Assembly (NCBI GenBank): GCA_965112155.1
Contig: OZ218103.1
Length of the DNA: 64,000 nt
Reading direction: 5' to 3' (one strand)
DNA from: Podarcis liolepis
Taxonomy: Eukaryota
The notes under the pieces are model-generated. The model searched no databases and was not told where the DNA came from. It worked only from the letters and a program-made list of their open reading frames with translations. The translations under genes and the position numbers were made by a program. Positions 53,466-64,000 of this stretch are shown here, one piece after another (position 1 is the stretch's first letter; the number at the start of each line of letters is the position of its first letter).

Positions 53466-54545
53466 TGTTACAAGGGTTTTTTTGGGGGGGGGGTCATACT
53501 CCTCTGATGCCTTGATCCAGCAACTGTTTAAAGCTAATCAAGCCTTCTAATTCCAGGCAATAACCAAACTAGCTTCCTGGTGAGGTGGTGGAGGATTAAA
53601 GGGCTCGGCGTGAGACAGCAAATGGGCGGGGGGCCCTTCTCAACAGAAAAAGCCAGAGTTGAGAGCAGAGTTTACCAGTGATGTGACCTAAAAGTAAAGC
53701 AGCAGGCTAGAGAGAGCCATGTCTGATTTCTGCTGGAATCCAAGGCTGTGGGCAATGGGGTGTTAATAAGGTGAATCCCTCCATTATTGGCTCAGGTTGT
53801 ATATATGTGTAAATAAACCATAGATCATAAAGACACCACAGTCTCCACTGTCCCTAATTCCAAAAGGAAACACACAACCCTAGGCAAGCATCTGGAACCC
53901 CTGGAATCTCACACGGCTTGGGAGGGGAGGGGAGGAAGTCAATAACCAGGTGCTGGTTTTAACCTTCAAAGCCCTATACGGCCTAGGACCCTCGTACCTA
54001 CGGGACCGCCTCTCCTAGTATGCCCCACAGAGGAACTTACGGTCTTCAAATAAAAACATCTTGAAGGTCCCAGGCCACAGAGAGGTTAGGCTGGCCTCAA
54101 CTAGAGCCAGGGTCTTTTCGGCTGCGGCTCCAACCTGGTGGAACGCTCTGTCACAAGAGACAAGGGCCCTGCAGGACTTGACATCTTTCCGCAGGGCCTG
54201 CAAGACAGAGCTGTTCCACCAGGCCTTTGGTCAGGGCACAGCCTGACTCCCTCCTTTGGCAATCTTTACAATACCTTAGTTTATGGTTGCCATAAATTTT
54301 GATTTTAATTAATTCTTATGATGTTTTTATAATGTTGCACTATTTTAGTGTTGTTAGCCGCCCTGAGCCCGGCTTCGGCTGGGGAGGGCGGGATATAAAT
54401 AAAATTTATTATTATTAATAATAAATGTATAGTATAATAAAATATGTTTAATTTATAATGTAGAATTTGAAAAATTAATATATTATATTATTATATTTAA
54501 AAAATGGAATCTCACAAAGCTTGGAGATTGGTGTGGAGTGCAACA
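53466..54545 (+). mobile_element. Solo LTR (about 480 bp) interrupted by an L2 insertion
   Basis: TGTTACA...TGCAACA termini, perfect 5-bp TSD ATAAG (53461-53465, 54546-54550), AATAAA at about 53812. Confidence 0.8.
53948..54420 (+). mobile_element. Relatively young 5'-truncated L2-clade LINE
   Basis: VLVLTFKALYGLGPSYLRDRLS*YAPQRNLRS...RVFSAAAPTWWNAL...FRRACKTELFHQAF (includes ORF 54061..54246), 3' stem-loop ccgccctgagcccggcttcggctggggagggcgg, (ATT)n tail. Confidence 0.92.
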
Positions 54546-57325
54546 ATAAGATCTAGAACTCAGGTGTGGAATAGGGAATTAGAGGGCATCATGCAGCCCA
54601 AACAATGAAAATTTGCTTTAGAGTCTGTATGGAAAATTTCCTTAGACTTGAAACTGAGACTGATCTAGCAAAAATTAATATTTGAGTATATTAGACTCCA
54701 CAACATTTGTATAGGAAAGCACTGTCTAATGAAGGAAGATGTTGGAGGTATAATGCCCCATACCTGTTTTAAGGAGTAAATTCTATCCTTTCAGCCCCTC
54801 CTACTACAAGTATTCAATACACAAAGCACCTTGGGTCCCAGAGCAATGATTATGCCATTTATTTCCTTTATTAGCCTAACAACAACAAAAACTATTATAA
54901 AATTGAAACTGATCAATAAACATGAAACAAACTTGCTGGTAAAGAGTTCTGTAGATAAAAGCACAAACAGACAAAGGGCTAGGCATGGGGATGTAGGTTT
55001 TAACAAGGAATGAAAAATTAGAGGAATGCAAATAATCAGTAAAAGAATATGGAAATGATAAGCAAGAGCTAGAAAATGAATGTATCTGAAGATAAGAGAA
55101 CCTTCAATGCAAAGATGGAAAAAGGTAACAAGTGAAGCTAAATATATATTCAGAAACATGATATATTTGCATGCAGAAAAAATAAGATGGGCAATAGATC
55201 CCCAAATAAAAACGAAGTGATATTCTACATTAGAGTAACCCCATTGACTTCAATTTATCTACTCTGAGTATGACCAACACTGAATAATACACTCAATAGG
55301 TTGAAGCAATGATCAACTAAAACAATAAGCAAAGCGGGACAAAATAATGGAACCAAGCATGGGCACAATTAACAAGAAAATGTTATTAAAATTGTTGTTT
55401 TCTGACAACTGAAAATTACAAGACTAATGTTGACATCTGAGAGGAAAGAAGGAATTGGAAGAGAACATTTGTTTATTTGTTTGTTTATAATCATTGATAG
55501 TCCACTCTTCTTCCCCAAGGATCCCTAAGATCTCTATCTTGAGGAGAAGAAGTAGTAATCACATGATCAATAGATAAAGAAATGGAAAGAGAAGAGTCCA
55601 GAGGAAAAATATGATATTCTCTTTGAAAGATTTGGCTTCAGAGAATGAGAAAGCCATGAGGAAATAAGAAGACAAGATGAAAAATTAACAAAAGAAGAGA
55701 AAAGATCAGAGACAGAAAGTAACACAACATTGTCACCATGAACATGATTATTATAATCAAAAAATAAGACATGGACAAGAATAAAAAGCAAGGTGATTAA
55801 AATAGAACATTTAAAAACATTGGTAGACAGAGGAAGAGGACAAGGAAACAAAAGAACCATTAATGGAAATGTGGCAAGTATGGTTAGATAGATAAGACAA
55901 AAATGAAGAGAATGACCAAAAGTATTGAGAGGACAGAACAAGAAGAACAAGGACAGATCAAGATGAATAGACTATTAGCACTCTTCACTTGACTGATAAT
56001 TAAATAAAGTAAAAGTAGCTTCTGTTGAGTGGTAAGAACAAACAAAAAACTGATGAAGATCAAATAGAGTTAGGTAAAAGAAAAACCAACAAATGAAAGA
56101 AAACATATTCAACCAGTTTAGAAAGAAAGAAAAAAAGATAAATTAAATGATTGTCAACAGAATCAGTTAGTGCTAAGGGAAAGCTTGCCAAAACATTACA
56201 AAAATATAGGTAATAGTAAGATCTCTAGAAACCTTTTTAAGGGAAAAAGACAAAAAAGGAATAAAAGAACCAAAGGTCTTTTTGGATGAAGACAAACAGA
56301 AAGACCATTCAAAGAAACAGGGGATAAAGGAAAAAGAAGGCAGCAGAGAGGTTCCAAAAAGAAAGGGGGAAAGAAGCAAATGCCATAAATATCAGAAATA
56401 AACAGCAGTTGATTTATATCACAAAAAATGACCAAGAATCTGAGGAGCTGAGCGAGAGAAAGAAGAAAAAAGGTGGCACAATAATTTAACAACTGAAGAG
56501 AGACAATGTGCATTGTGGAAAAATCAGTTTTGAATATTGCCTAACAGGGGAAAAGGGTGAGCGTTAAGTCTAGACTTCTAAAAAACCAGTGTGCTCAGGA
56601 CCTGCGCCATTAACGTGCAAGTTGTCTAATATATGAATGAAGAGACTAGAAGTAAGAAGTAAGCCAAGGCTGAGAAAGAAAGGATTATGAGACCAGGCAG
56701 AAGAATAAATTATAGTAGAAAGAACGGAGCTAAATAGTGAAACCGCCTTATTAGGAGAAGATGAAGAGAGAGAAAACAGGAGGTAATTGCAAAGAAATCC
56801 TTCAAGAGAAGGGTTTCATCTAGGATCACAGAGTAGGATCGAGGAGAGTAAAAGCAAGCAAGTGGTGATCAGAAAAAAAGAATGAAAGCAAAAGCAGCAA
56901 AACAAGAAAGTTTATTGCAATATCTGAAAGATCAACTAGGTTACTCTACTAGGAGAGATGACAGAACATACTGCACTACCTCTTCCTCTGCCTTTCAGTA
57001 CCAAAAGCTAGAGATGCAGGATACTTCCTGGTAGGGGCTTAAGAATGTTGACAAGAATGTTGACAAGAGTTTCATAGAGATGCCATGAAGAGGATGGTCA
57101 GATCATGAGAAGGATTTAGAAGAGCTTGGGGAGTTGGTGCTGGATGATCCTGAATGATCTTGAGTGGGAGGGGGGGTCCTAGCAGATTAGGGGAGGTGAA
57201 GTAAGGACCCCAAGAAGTGTCTGGCGGGATCAAGTGGGTTGGCAGAGGAGTATTCAATCCCCTGACATCAGACATCCCTAGCCAGATCCCACTGTTGTGG
57301 AGCTGTCTTTGGACTCTCCTGTCAC

Positions 57326-58045
57326 TTTTTTATATATTTTGTTTTCTCTTTTTATAACAACAATAATTTTCATACATATTCAATCCAAATTTACTTGATT
57401 GACCTCCTCCCGTTTCCATTTCCCCCTTTTATTTCCCTTGGATCTAATTATTTTTCCACATAATTTCAAATTCTTTTTCATATCCTAATTCTATTTTCAG
57501 TTCATAAATGTTACAACAATCCTGCTAATGTTTCCACATTTTTACAGTGTTCTTTAAAGTAATCTATTAAAAAAAAAATCCATTCTTGATTAAATTTTTC
57601 CTCATCTTGGTACCTGACCTTCCCAGTTAATTTAGCCATTTCGGCATAGTCTATCATCTTAAGTCATCCATTCTTCTTTCATTGGGACATTCTTGTCTTT
57701 CCACTTCTGGGCAAGCAGCATTCTGGCAGCTGTGGTCGCAAACATAAATAAGCTCTTTTGCTTCTTTGGCACTTCATCTCCTAATATTCCTAGTAGAAAG
57801 GCCTCTGGTTTTTTGACAAATGTATTTGTAAAGATTTTTTTCATTTCATTATATATCATTTCCCAGAAGCCCTTTACCTTTTTGCATGTCTACCACATAT
57901 GAAAAAACGTACCTTCTTTATCTTTACATTTCCAGCATAAATCATACAAATTTTTATACATCTTAGCAAGTTTAACCGCAGTTAAATATAATCTATACAT
58001 CATTTTCATATAATTCTTTTAGTGAACTGCATGCCATGAATTTAA
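57326..58045 (-). mobile_element. 5'-truncated L1-clade LINE (ORF2 C-terminal CCHC knuckle and 3' UTR)
   Basis: The minus strand translates KMMYRLYLTAVKLAKMY...CWKCKDKEGTFFHMW*TCKKVKGFWEMIYNEMKK...AARMLLAQKWK. A-rich end near 57326. Confidence 0.88.
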
Positions 58046-59524
58046 ATTGCAAATGGGTCACTAGCTATATATATTAACAATTACCATTTTTTCTAGACAG
58101 GGTAAATCCAGATTAAAAGTTTGGGGGTGGGGTATGGATGCTACAGATGCCATGAAGACCTTGCAGGGGGGGCATGCATGAGGAACACCCATCCCACAAC
58201 AAACATCCACTTAGATTAGATTCTATTATCCCATTGCCATCAAGAAAAAGTAATCCTAGCATAAGCAGTCATTACATCTCAGTACTGTAAAAGTCTGCTA
58301 GAGGCTAGAGCTAAGGTTTGCTACATGGTTGTATCCATGAAAAAAATGGAGCCTTTCACAAGGAAAAGAACAGGTAAAAGGAACCGCCATATTCATATTA
58401 CTCTACAAATTCTCAGTGGTTAGCCTGAAACAACATCCCTCAAAGACACAGAAAGAGAAGACTGTAACAGGGAATTCAGTTTTGGTGTGCAACTGTGGAG
58501 TGGCACTTTCATCTAAAGACAGAATGTAAGAGACACTGAAGACTCAAAAAGCTACTGAAGAGAGATTTTTCCTTGAAAAGAGAATCTGATAAACTTCTGA
58601 GAAAGGTAATCAACCCAAATGCTCTGAGTATTTTAATTATTTTATTTTAAATATTTTTATTTGATGAGGACATTTTGCAATATCATTTTGGATCTTTGCC
58701 TTTTCTTTTGCTTCCCTTGGTTTTGTTTTTCCTAAGAGGAATATTAGCAACAATTCAAAGTCACTTGGCAATTGTGTTAGCCCTTTGGCATCTTCTTAGG
58801 ATGAAATAAGATGCTCCCCTATGAGAGTATTCTGGCTGACATACAAATACTCTTCTTTAGATTTTTAACCCACATAATTCAAAGAGGCTTAAAATCACAT
58901 TTTTAAAATGAGTTTCAAAAAAAAGTTGTTTAAAACTATAAACTGTGTTAAAGACAAACATGTTATCCGATATAGCCACCAAATCTCTGACAGTTACATG
59001 TTTGCCCAAATAAGAAGATCTTGTTTTGATGCTTCTATACTCTGGTTTAATCAACTATCTGAAGGAAGAGAGTTCTAGAGTAGCTATCAGAAAACCCCAT
59101 TTGAACATCTTCATCATTTGTACACAATGCATTAAAAAAACAAATCTAGTGGTCAAGTCGGCTGACAATAGCAAACATGACAGAACAGATGGGAAGAACA
59201 GCTGGGCTGAGAACTAGGAGACTCTGGCTCTGTAAATGGCTGCACCGTATGATATAGCACCCAGATTACAAGATGGAGCATCTCCCAGATAGTAAATGGC
59301 TTTTGGATACTGGAGTGGCTGCCTACCAAGCATGGCCACTGACAGTCCTCATCAAACAAGGCTAAAAAGGCCTCCTGCACAGGCTGGGACTTTGCCTCGG
59401 CAACTCAAGTATTCCTTTGCTTCTGGCTCTCAACTTGTGCTCTGGTTTAGACACCCCAGTTCTGTTCCTTAGCTCTTGGCCCCCACTCAACAGTTGCCTA
59501 ATGATCAGCTCAGATGTGAAGCTA

Positions 59525-59752
59525 TCAACCAGAATTATCCACTGTTCCAATCATTCCATCTTAGCAAGCATTTCAGCTTCGTAAAAGGAATTATTCCCTC
59601 TCTCCTCCCCCGGTACACTGTTCTAGAGGATCTCCCAATGCCCCCCACAAACCAATTTCAGGGGGTGCACAGGAGGATGAGAGGGAAGGAGGCCCACCGC
59701 AAAAGTGGAAGTCCTTGCACTGGGCTTCTGCTGATGGGGCTAAATTCAACCC
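59525..59752. mobile_element. Dispersed repeat, copy 2 of the 3951-4146 family (inverted)
   Basis: Reverse-complement similarity to 3955-4140, including gaagtccttgcactg and catttcagctt. Confidence 0.55.
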
Positions 59753-62700
59753 ATTCTACTCTTAATATAATATTGTGGCTCAGTTCACATGTCAAATTAA
59801 GCCATGGTTAAAATATAGTTAAAAACATTGACCAGGAAATAAGAGAGTCTGGCTCGACATGACATCTGATCTGGGGCTTGCTGCTTGTTTTCCAAAACCA
59901 ACCATGAGCAGTATGCCAAGAACAAAGTTCAGTTACTGCTCATGATTTATCTGGAAAGAAACAAACCCATAAGTCAAGGTTCTGGTGTCATGACAAGGCA
60001 AACTCTTGTCTAGTTTCTTCCATGGTGCAGCACCAGGATTGGAGCAAGAACTTTACAACACTGTATACCAGCTTGCTGCTTGTTCATGTTAAAACCACAG
60101 CTTGTTCCAAACTATGGTTAATGTGATGTGTGAGCCAAGCCACAAAGGAGAAAGAGAGAGCATGAATACATGTGTGTGTGATGTTCTGCTGAAAGTATAT
60201 TTAATGAAGCATTCACTTTAATGGTTTATATTATGTACTGTATATTCATATTAAGAATCAAAAATGCACCAAGAAATGAGAGCCATGGATGAGTTTGAGT
60301 TTGGAAAATGAAAAGTGTTTCCATTTCAAAAACATTAACCTGAGATCTGTATTCTTTTCAAAATCTTCCCCACCCTGCCCAATTTTAATCCACACCAATC
60401 AGCTGCATTGCTGGGGAAAGAATTTAGCTTTGGGAGCTTACTGACTTTTTCAAAGTGAATTTTAGTTCCGACTTATGCTCTGGGTTCTAAGCCAATGTAG
60501 TGTGGATCCAAGTATTCGGCTCAATAGTTGTTTCTGTCTGTATTTCTTTCTGTCTGATTTTCAGCTGCTACTTTATGGCTTAGCTGCAAATATCCAGAGC
60601 TACAAAGCCTGCAAAAAGGGTTGTGTGTGTACACATCTAGCAACAGAGAAAGTCTACAATTAATTCCAGGTGCACATGGGCACTAAGAAAATCTTGTCAG
60701 TATCAGATCTCAAGAAGAAATAGGAGCTGCTGCTGTGAAGAATCCCACACTTTAGAAGTTTGAAGATCATCACCCTCTTAGGCAATGAATCAGCAGACCT
60801 GTTGCTGTCTACTTCAAAATGTTATAGGGACGTAGTTGAAAAGAGATATATTCCCTCCAACTTTTCAGCTGACCAAAATAGTGGCCAGACTTAAGAGTTG
60901 TGGTCATATCGGGTAATACTTTTCCCCACATGATAGATGAGCAGCTGCTTCTCAAATTGTACAATGAACCTAGATATCTTTCCCTCAAAGAAGCACTTCT
61001 AAGGAAATTGCATTTTCCTGCCCTTTAAAATGCAGGGATTTTGTCACTGAAAAAATGCAGTTTTGCTCCAGCTTTTCCTTAATGTGATAGTTATTGCAAT
61101 TAGAGGTTTGGTTGTGCAAGAATACCTACTGGCCAGTAGCACTAACAATACTGCTTACCTCAAAACCACTCCAATGCAAATACTTTACAACCAATTATAT
61201 TTATTTTATTTCTTTGCTTTGGGAAAAAGTGTCTTTAGAGACAAAGCAACTTTCTGCTATACTATGGAAATGTAAGGGTTTTCCAGGTGAGTAAGGGCTA
61301 ATCTCTCCTCAGATCCAATGCACAGGAATAATTTCATGAACATTTTCAACCACCACCCCATTTCTCCCCTTTTGTTCTTTGAAAGCAGAAGCTTTGATGT
61401 ACCAGAGCGGACTGTCCTGGATGCAGGCAGTATGCCTCTAGGAAGATTGCCCAATGCAAGAGACGAACACCTGGAGAAACGTGACACGAAATCAGCCAAA
61501 AGTAAGAGCAAGATGAAGCTTAATTAAGTTTTCTGGCATCTGCTTTTATCTTAAAATATTGTAATAATAGCATCATGTATTGCACAAATATATTTATTTC
61601 GCTCTCTCCACACATACACACACCTGCAAAAAAAGGTCTGTTCTAGTGTTGCCACTCCCGGGACCTTGATCAAGTCACATACTCTCCCTTAAATATGAAA
61701 CTGCTTCATCTTAGAGACTAGTTTTCATTTAACAGTTTAACATTTATGCAATGTATGAATGTCAAGAAATGGTTCCAGAAACTGTCCTGCAGGCTTACCT
61801 TGGGTGCTTAAAGCAAGAGGATGCCCAACCAGTACCAAGGTGTTTTTGAATACCATGTGACCACATTTTTGAAAACTTACAGAATTCTCCACTCCCTGTA
61901 ATCAGCACAAGTCCTAAATTTTTGAAGCAATAATATCTTATACTTCTGCACACACACAGTATTTTGGAGTTTGGATAAAGGAAAACATAGTAAACACTCC
62001 CTTGGGAGGCTTTTAACATTTATTTTTTAGTCTTCAGACCCCCTTTCAGCAGCATATTCAACTAACAAACATGGTTATGCATTATTCTTTAAAGTGGAGG
62101 AACAGATTTTCATGACAACTAAATCCAAAGCTATAAAATATAGTAAAATCTGCAAACAAGTTATCAAAGCTGATAACGTCATCTTAGTAATAATACCATT
62201 ACTACTTTTGTAAGTTACTGAATTACGGTGTATAGAAAGTTTGTTTGGAATCACTTTAGAGGAAGATTTATAGGGCTTTATATAGAATTGGGAGGTGGGA
62301 AAAGAGCAAGTTCCTCGTTCAAACAGAAGCAGATTTTCATCAAGTGCCATACAAAGGCCGACGTTTAGTTGCATTTGTCCACCAGCCGTTATATTTCTGA
62401 TAGTCACCTTTCATCAGCCACTCTAGATCCAGCCCTAGAAACCAAGCACTCCACTCTCATTTCAGCATTGCACTTTAAATGAGATTCTTCTCTTCCAACT
62501 TGTATTTCCATTGCTTTCTAATTGCTGTGCGTAAGGTTGCGGCGGGACTGTCAAGGACACTTACAGGATGATGCCCGTGAGATTACCAATGAGAAGAGAC
62601 ATATCTGCACCCCCATCACACTCATACAATTTTTAGATGGTATTTTCTTGTCTTCGTTTCGGCTACTGCCTCACTTCATTTTTACTAGCAATTCCTGGAA

Positions 62701-63739
62701 TACATCTCTCTCTTTCCTATGTAGGGTTGGCATGCCAGTACGAAATACTGTCAAATGACTGCCAACTTGACTGCAGTCAAATATTCCATGAAGCCATGAT
62801 GTTGACGATACACATATAATTGGTCTGCTATGTGTTGTATACAATTCCTTTTTTAAAAACTGACTTGAATTTTTTATTTTGATCTATTTGTTTTAAAGTG
62901 GAATTTCAGGCTGACCTTGGCGTTCCAAAATAAAAGCAAAAAAGAAGGTTTGTTTCAGTGAACAATTAACATCAATAGAGATCTTATCTAACATTGGTTG
63001 CTTTCAGATAATATCCCAAGTCATGGTTTGGAGGACTGGGAATGAGGCACATGCTCACACACTGCCTCTTCCTACCTCCGCTCAAGATCTCAGTTAAATA
63101 CATTGCTTTCTTGTTAAATCAAACTACAGCATGCCAGAAAGGGTATTTGCTGTTTGGGAATCAAGTTGATGCTTTGCAGAGCAATCCAACCCCCACTTAT
63201 GCCAAGCTGTGTGGGTATAGATTGAGCAGAGGCATCCCTCCGCTCAACTCTCCCAGGTGAGTGGGCCTCTGAACAGACAAGAGATCTGCTGGTGATAGCC
63301 CTGCCAGGGAGTAGCCCCAAAATGGGACATTCCAAGGGGTGCGGTGGAACCAGACCAAAATCTGCTGGATCCCGAATTGGTCTTACAGCCATCCCTAGCT
63401 GGCATCTAATCACTGTGCCAGTCTAGAGCATGTGCAGGCCTCATTGTGTTATCCCCCCCCCCCACTAAAAACATGTGATCAGGGCTGTGGTTGTGGGAGT
63501 GAGTTTGGACTGCACCCATAAAAATAAGTGACTGTTAGTTTGCCAACACCTGACCAATTGATGGATCAAGTCTTTTTTTCACCACTCAAATGTTCAACTC
63601 TACCCCATGCTCTCACTCATTTAATCTAGCCAACTTTGACACTGCCATTATGGAAGCACTGAGGGAAAGGGAAACGCTTATGAATCTTAAAATTTGATGG
63701 TCTATATTGGGTTGTTTTTTGAATTTGGATTACAGATTT

Positions 63740-63834
63740 TGTGGTTTTATATTCTGATTTAATCCTGTTAACCACCCTGAGACCTGCGGGTATAGGGTGG
63801 TTTATAATTTAAATAAATAAATAAATAAATAAAT
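63740..63834 (+). mobile_element. L2-type 3' terminus with (TAAA)n tail (inverted relative at about 12040-12120)
   Basis: accaccctgagacctgcgggtatagggtggt hairpin plus tail; matches the reverse complement of gccctatacccgcaggtctcaaggcgg. Confidence 0.7.
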
Positions 63835-64000
63835 GGTTGGTGTTTTTTTAATGATGAGACAACACAAATACTAGACGAGATCTGATACACAATTAATGCA
63901 GAAGTATGCCATATGCAAAAAACAACTTTGTTTTGGGAGAAGGTTGCAAAGGGTCAAGGCGGCGATAAATGAAGCCCATGGGCTGCCAGTTGGCAACCAC

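Noticed and set aside
54791-56513. Hydrophobic minus-strand ORFs (105-127 aa) resembling membrane proteins
   Set aside because: By-product of the T/C-rich minus strand (F/L/S/I codons, few stops); no homology recognised.
61793-61900. Strong minus-strand donor AAG|GTAAGC suggesting a cryptic exon
   Set aside because: No convincing acceptor or pyrimidine tract. Isolated donors are expected by chance in 64 kb.

Overview
Vertebrate genomic DNA, most likely a squamate and probably a lacertid lizard, judging from its SINE, BovB, L2 and hAT repeat content. The whole window lies inside one gene on the minus strand: FOXP4. Eight internal coding exons (47930-48019, 25137-25259, 19248-19334, 10698-10845, 8316-8520, 6543-6647, 3470-3557, 274-357) have GT-AG boundaries and matching phases. 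They join into 930 nt / 310 codons covering the Gln-rich region, the C2H2 zinc finger and the leucine zipper. The start-codon exon (beyond 64000) and the forkhead exons (before 1) are outside the window. The introns contain hAT and Tc1/mariner MITEs with visible TIRs and TSDs, a solo LTR with a nested L2, L1/L2/BovB fragments, tRNA-derived SINEs, microsatellites, a 193-N gap, and several CpG-retaining, motif-dense blocks that look like enhancers. I see no evidence of a wholly new multi-gene system. The best leads are candidate alternative FOXP4 splice/start sites, candidate enhancers, an 80-bp hairpin MITE, and MITE pairs with swapped TIRs. Almost all ORF-track entries other than FOXP4 exons and LINE remnants are spurious.
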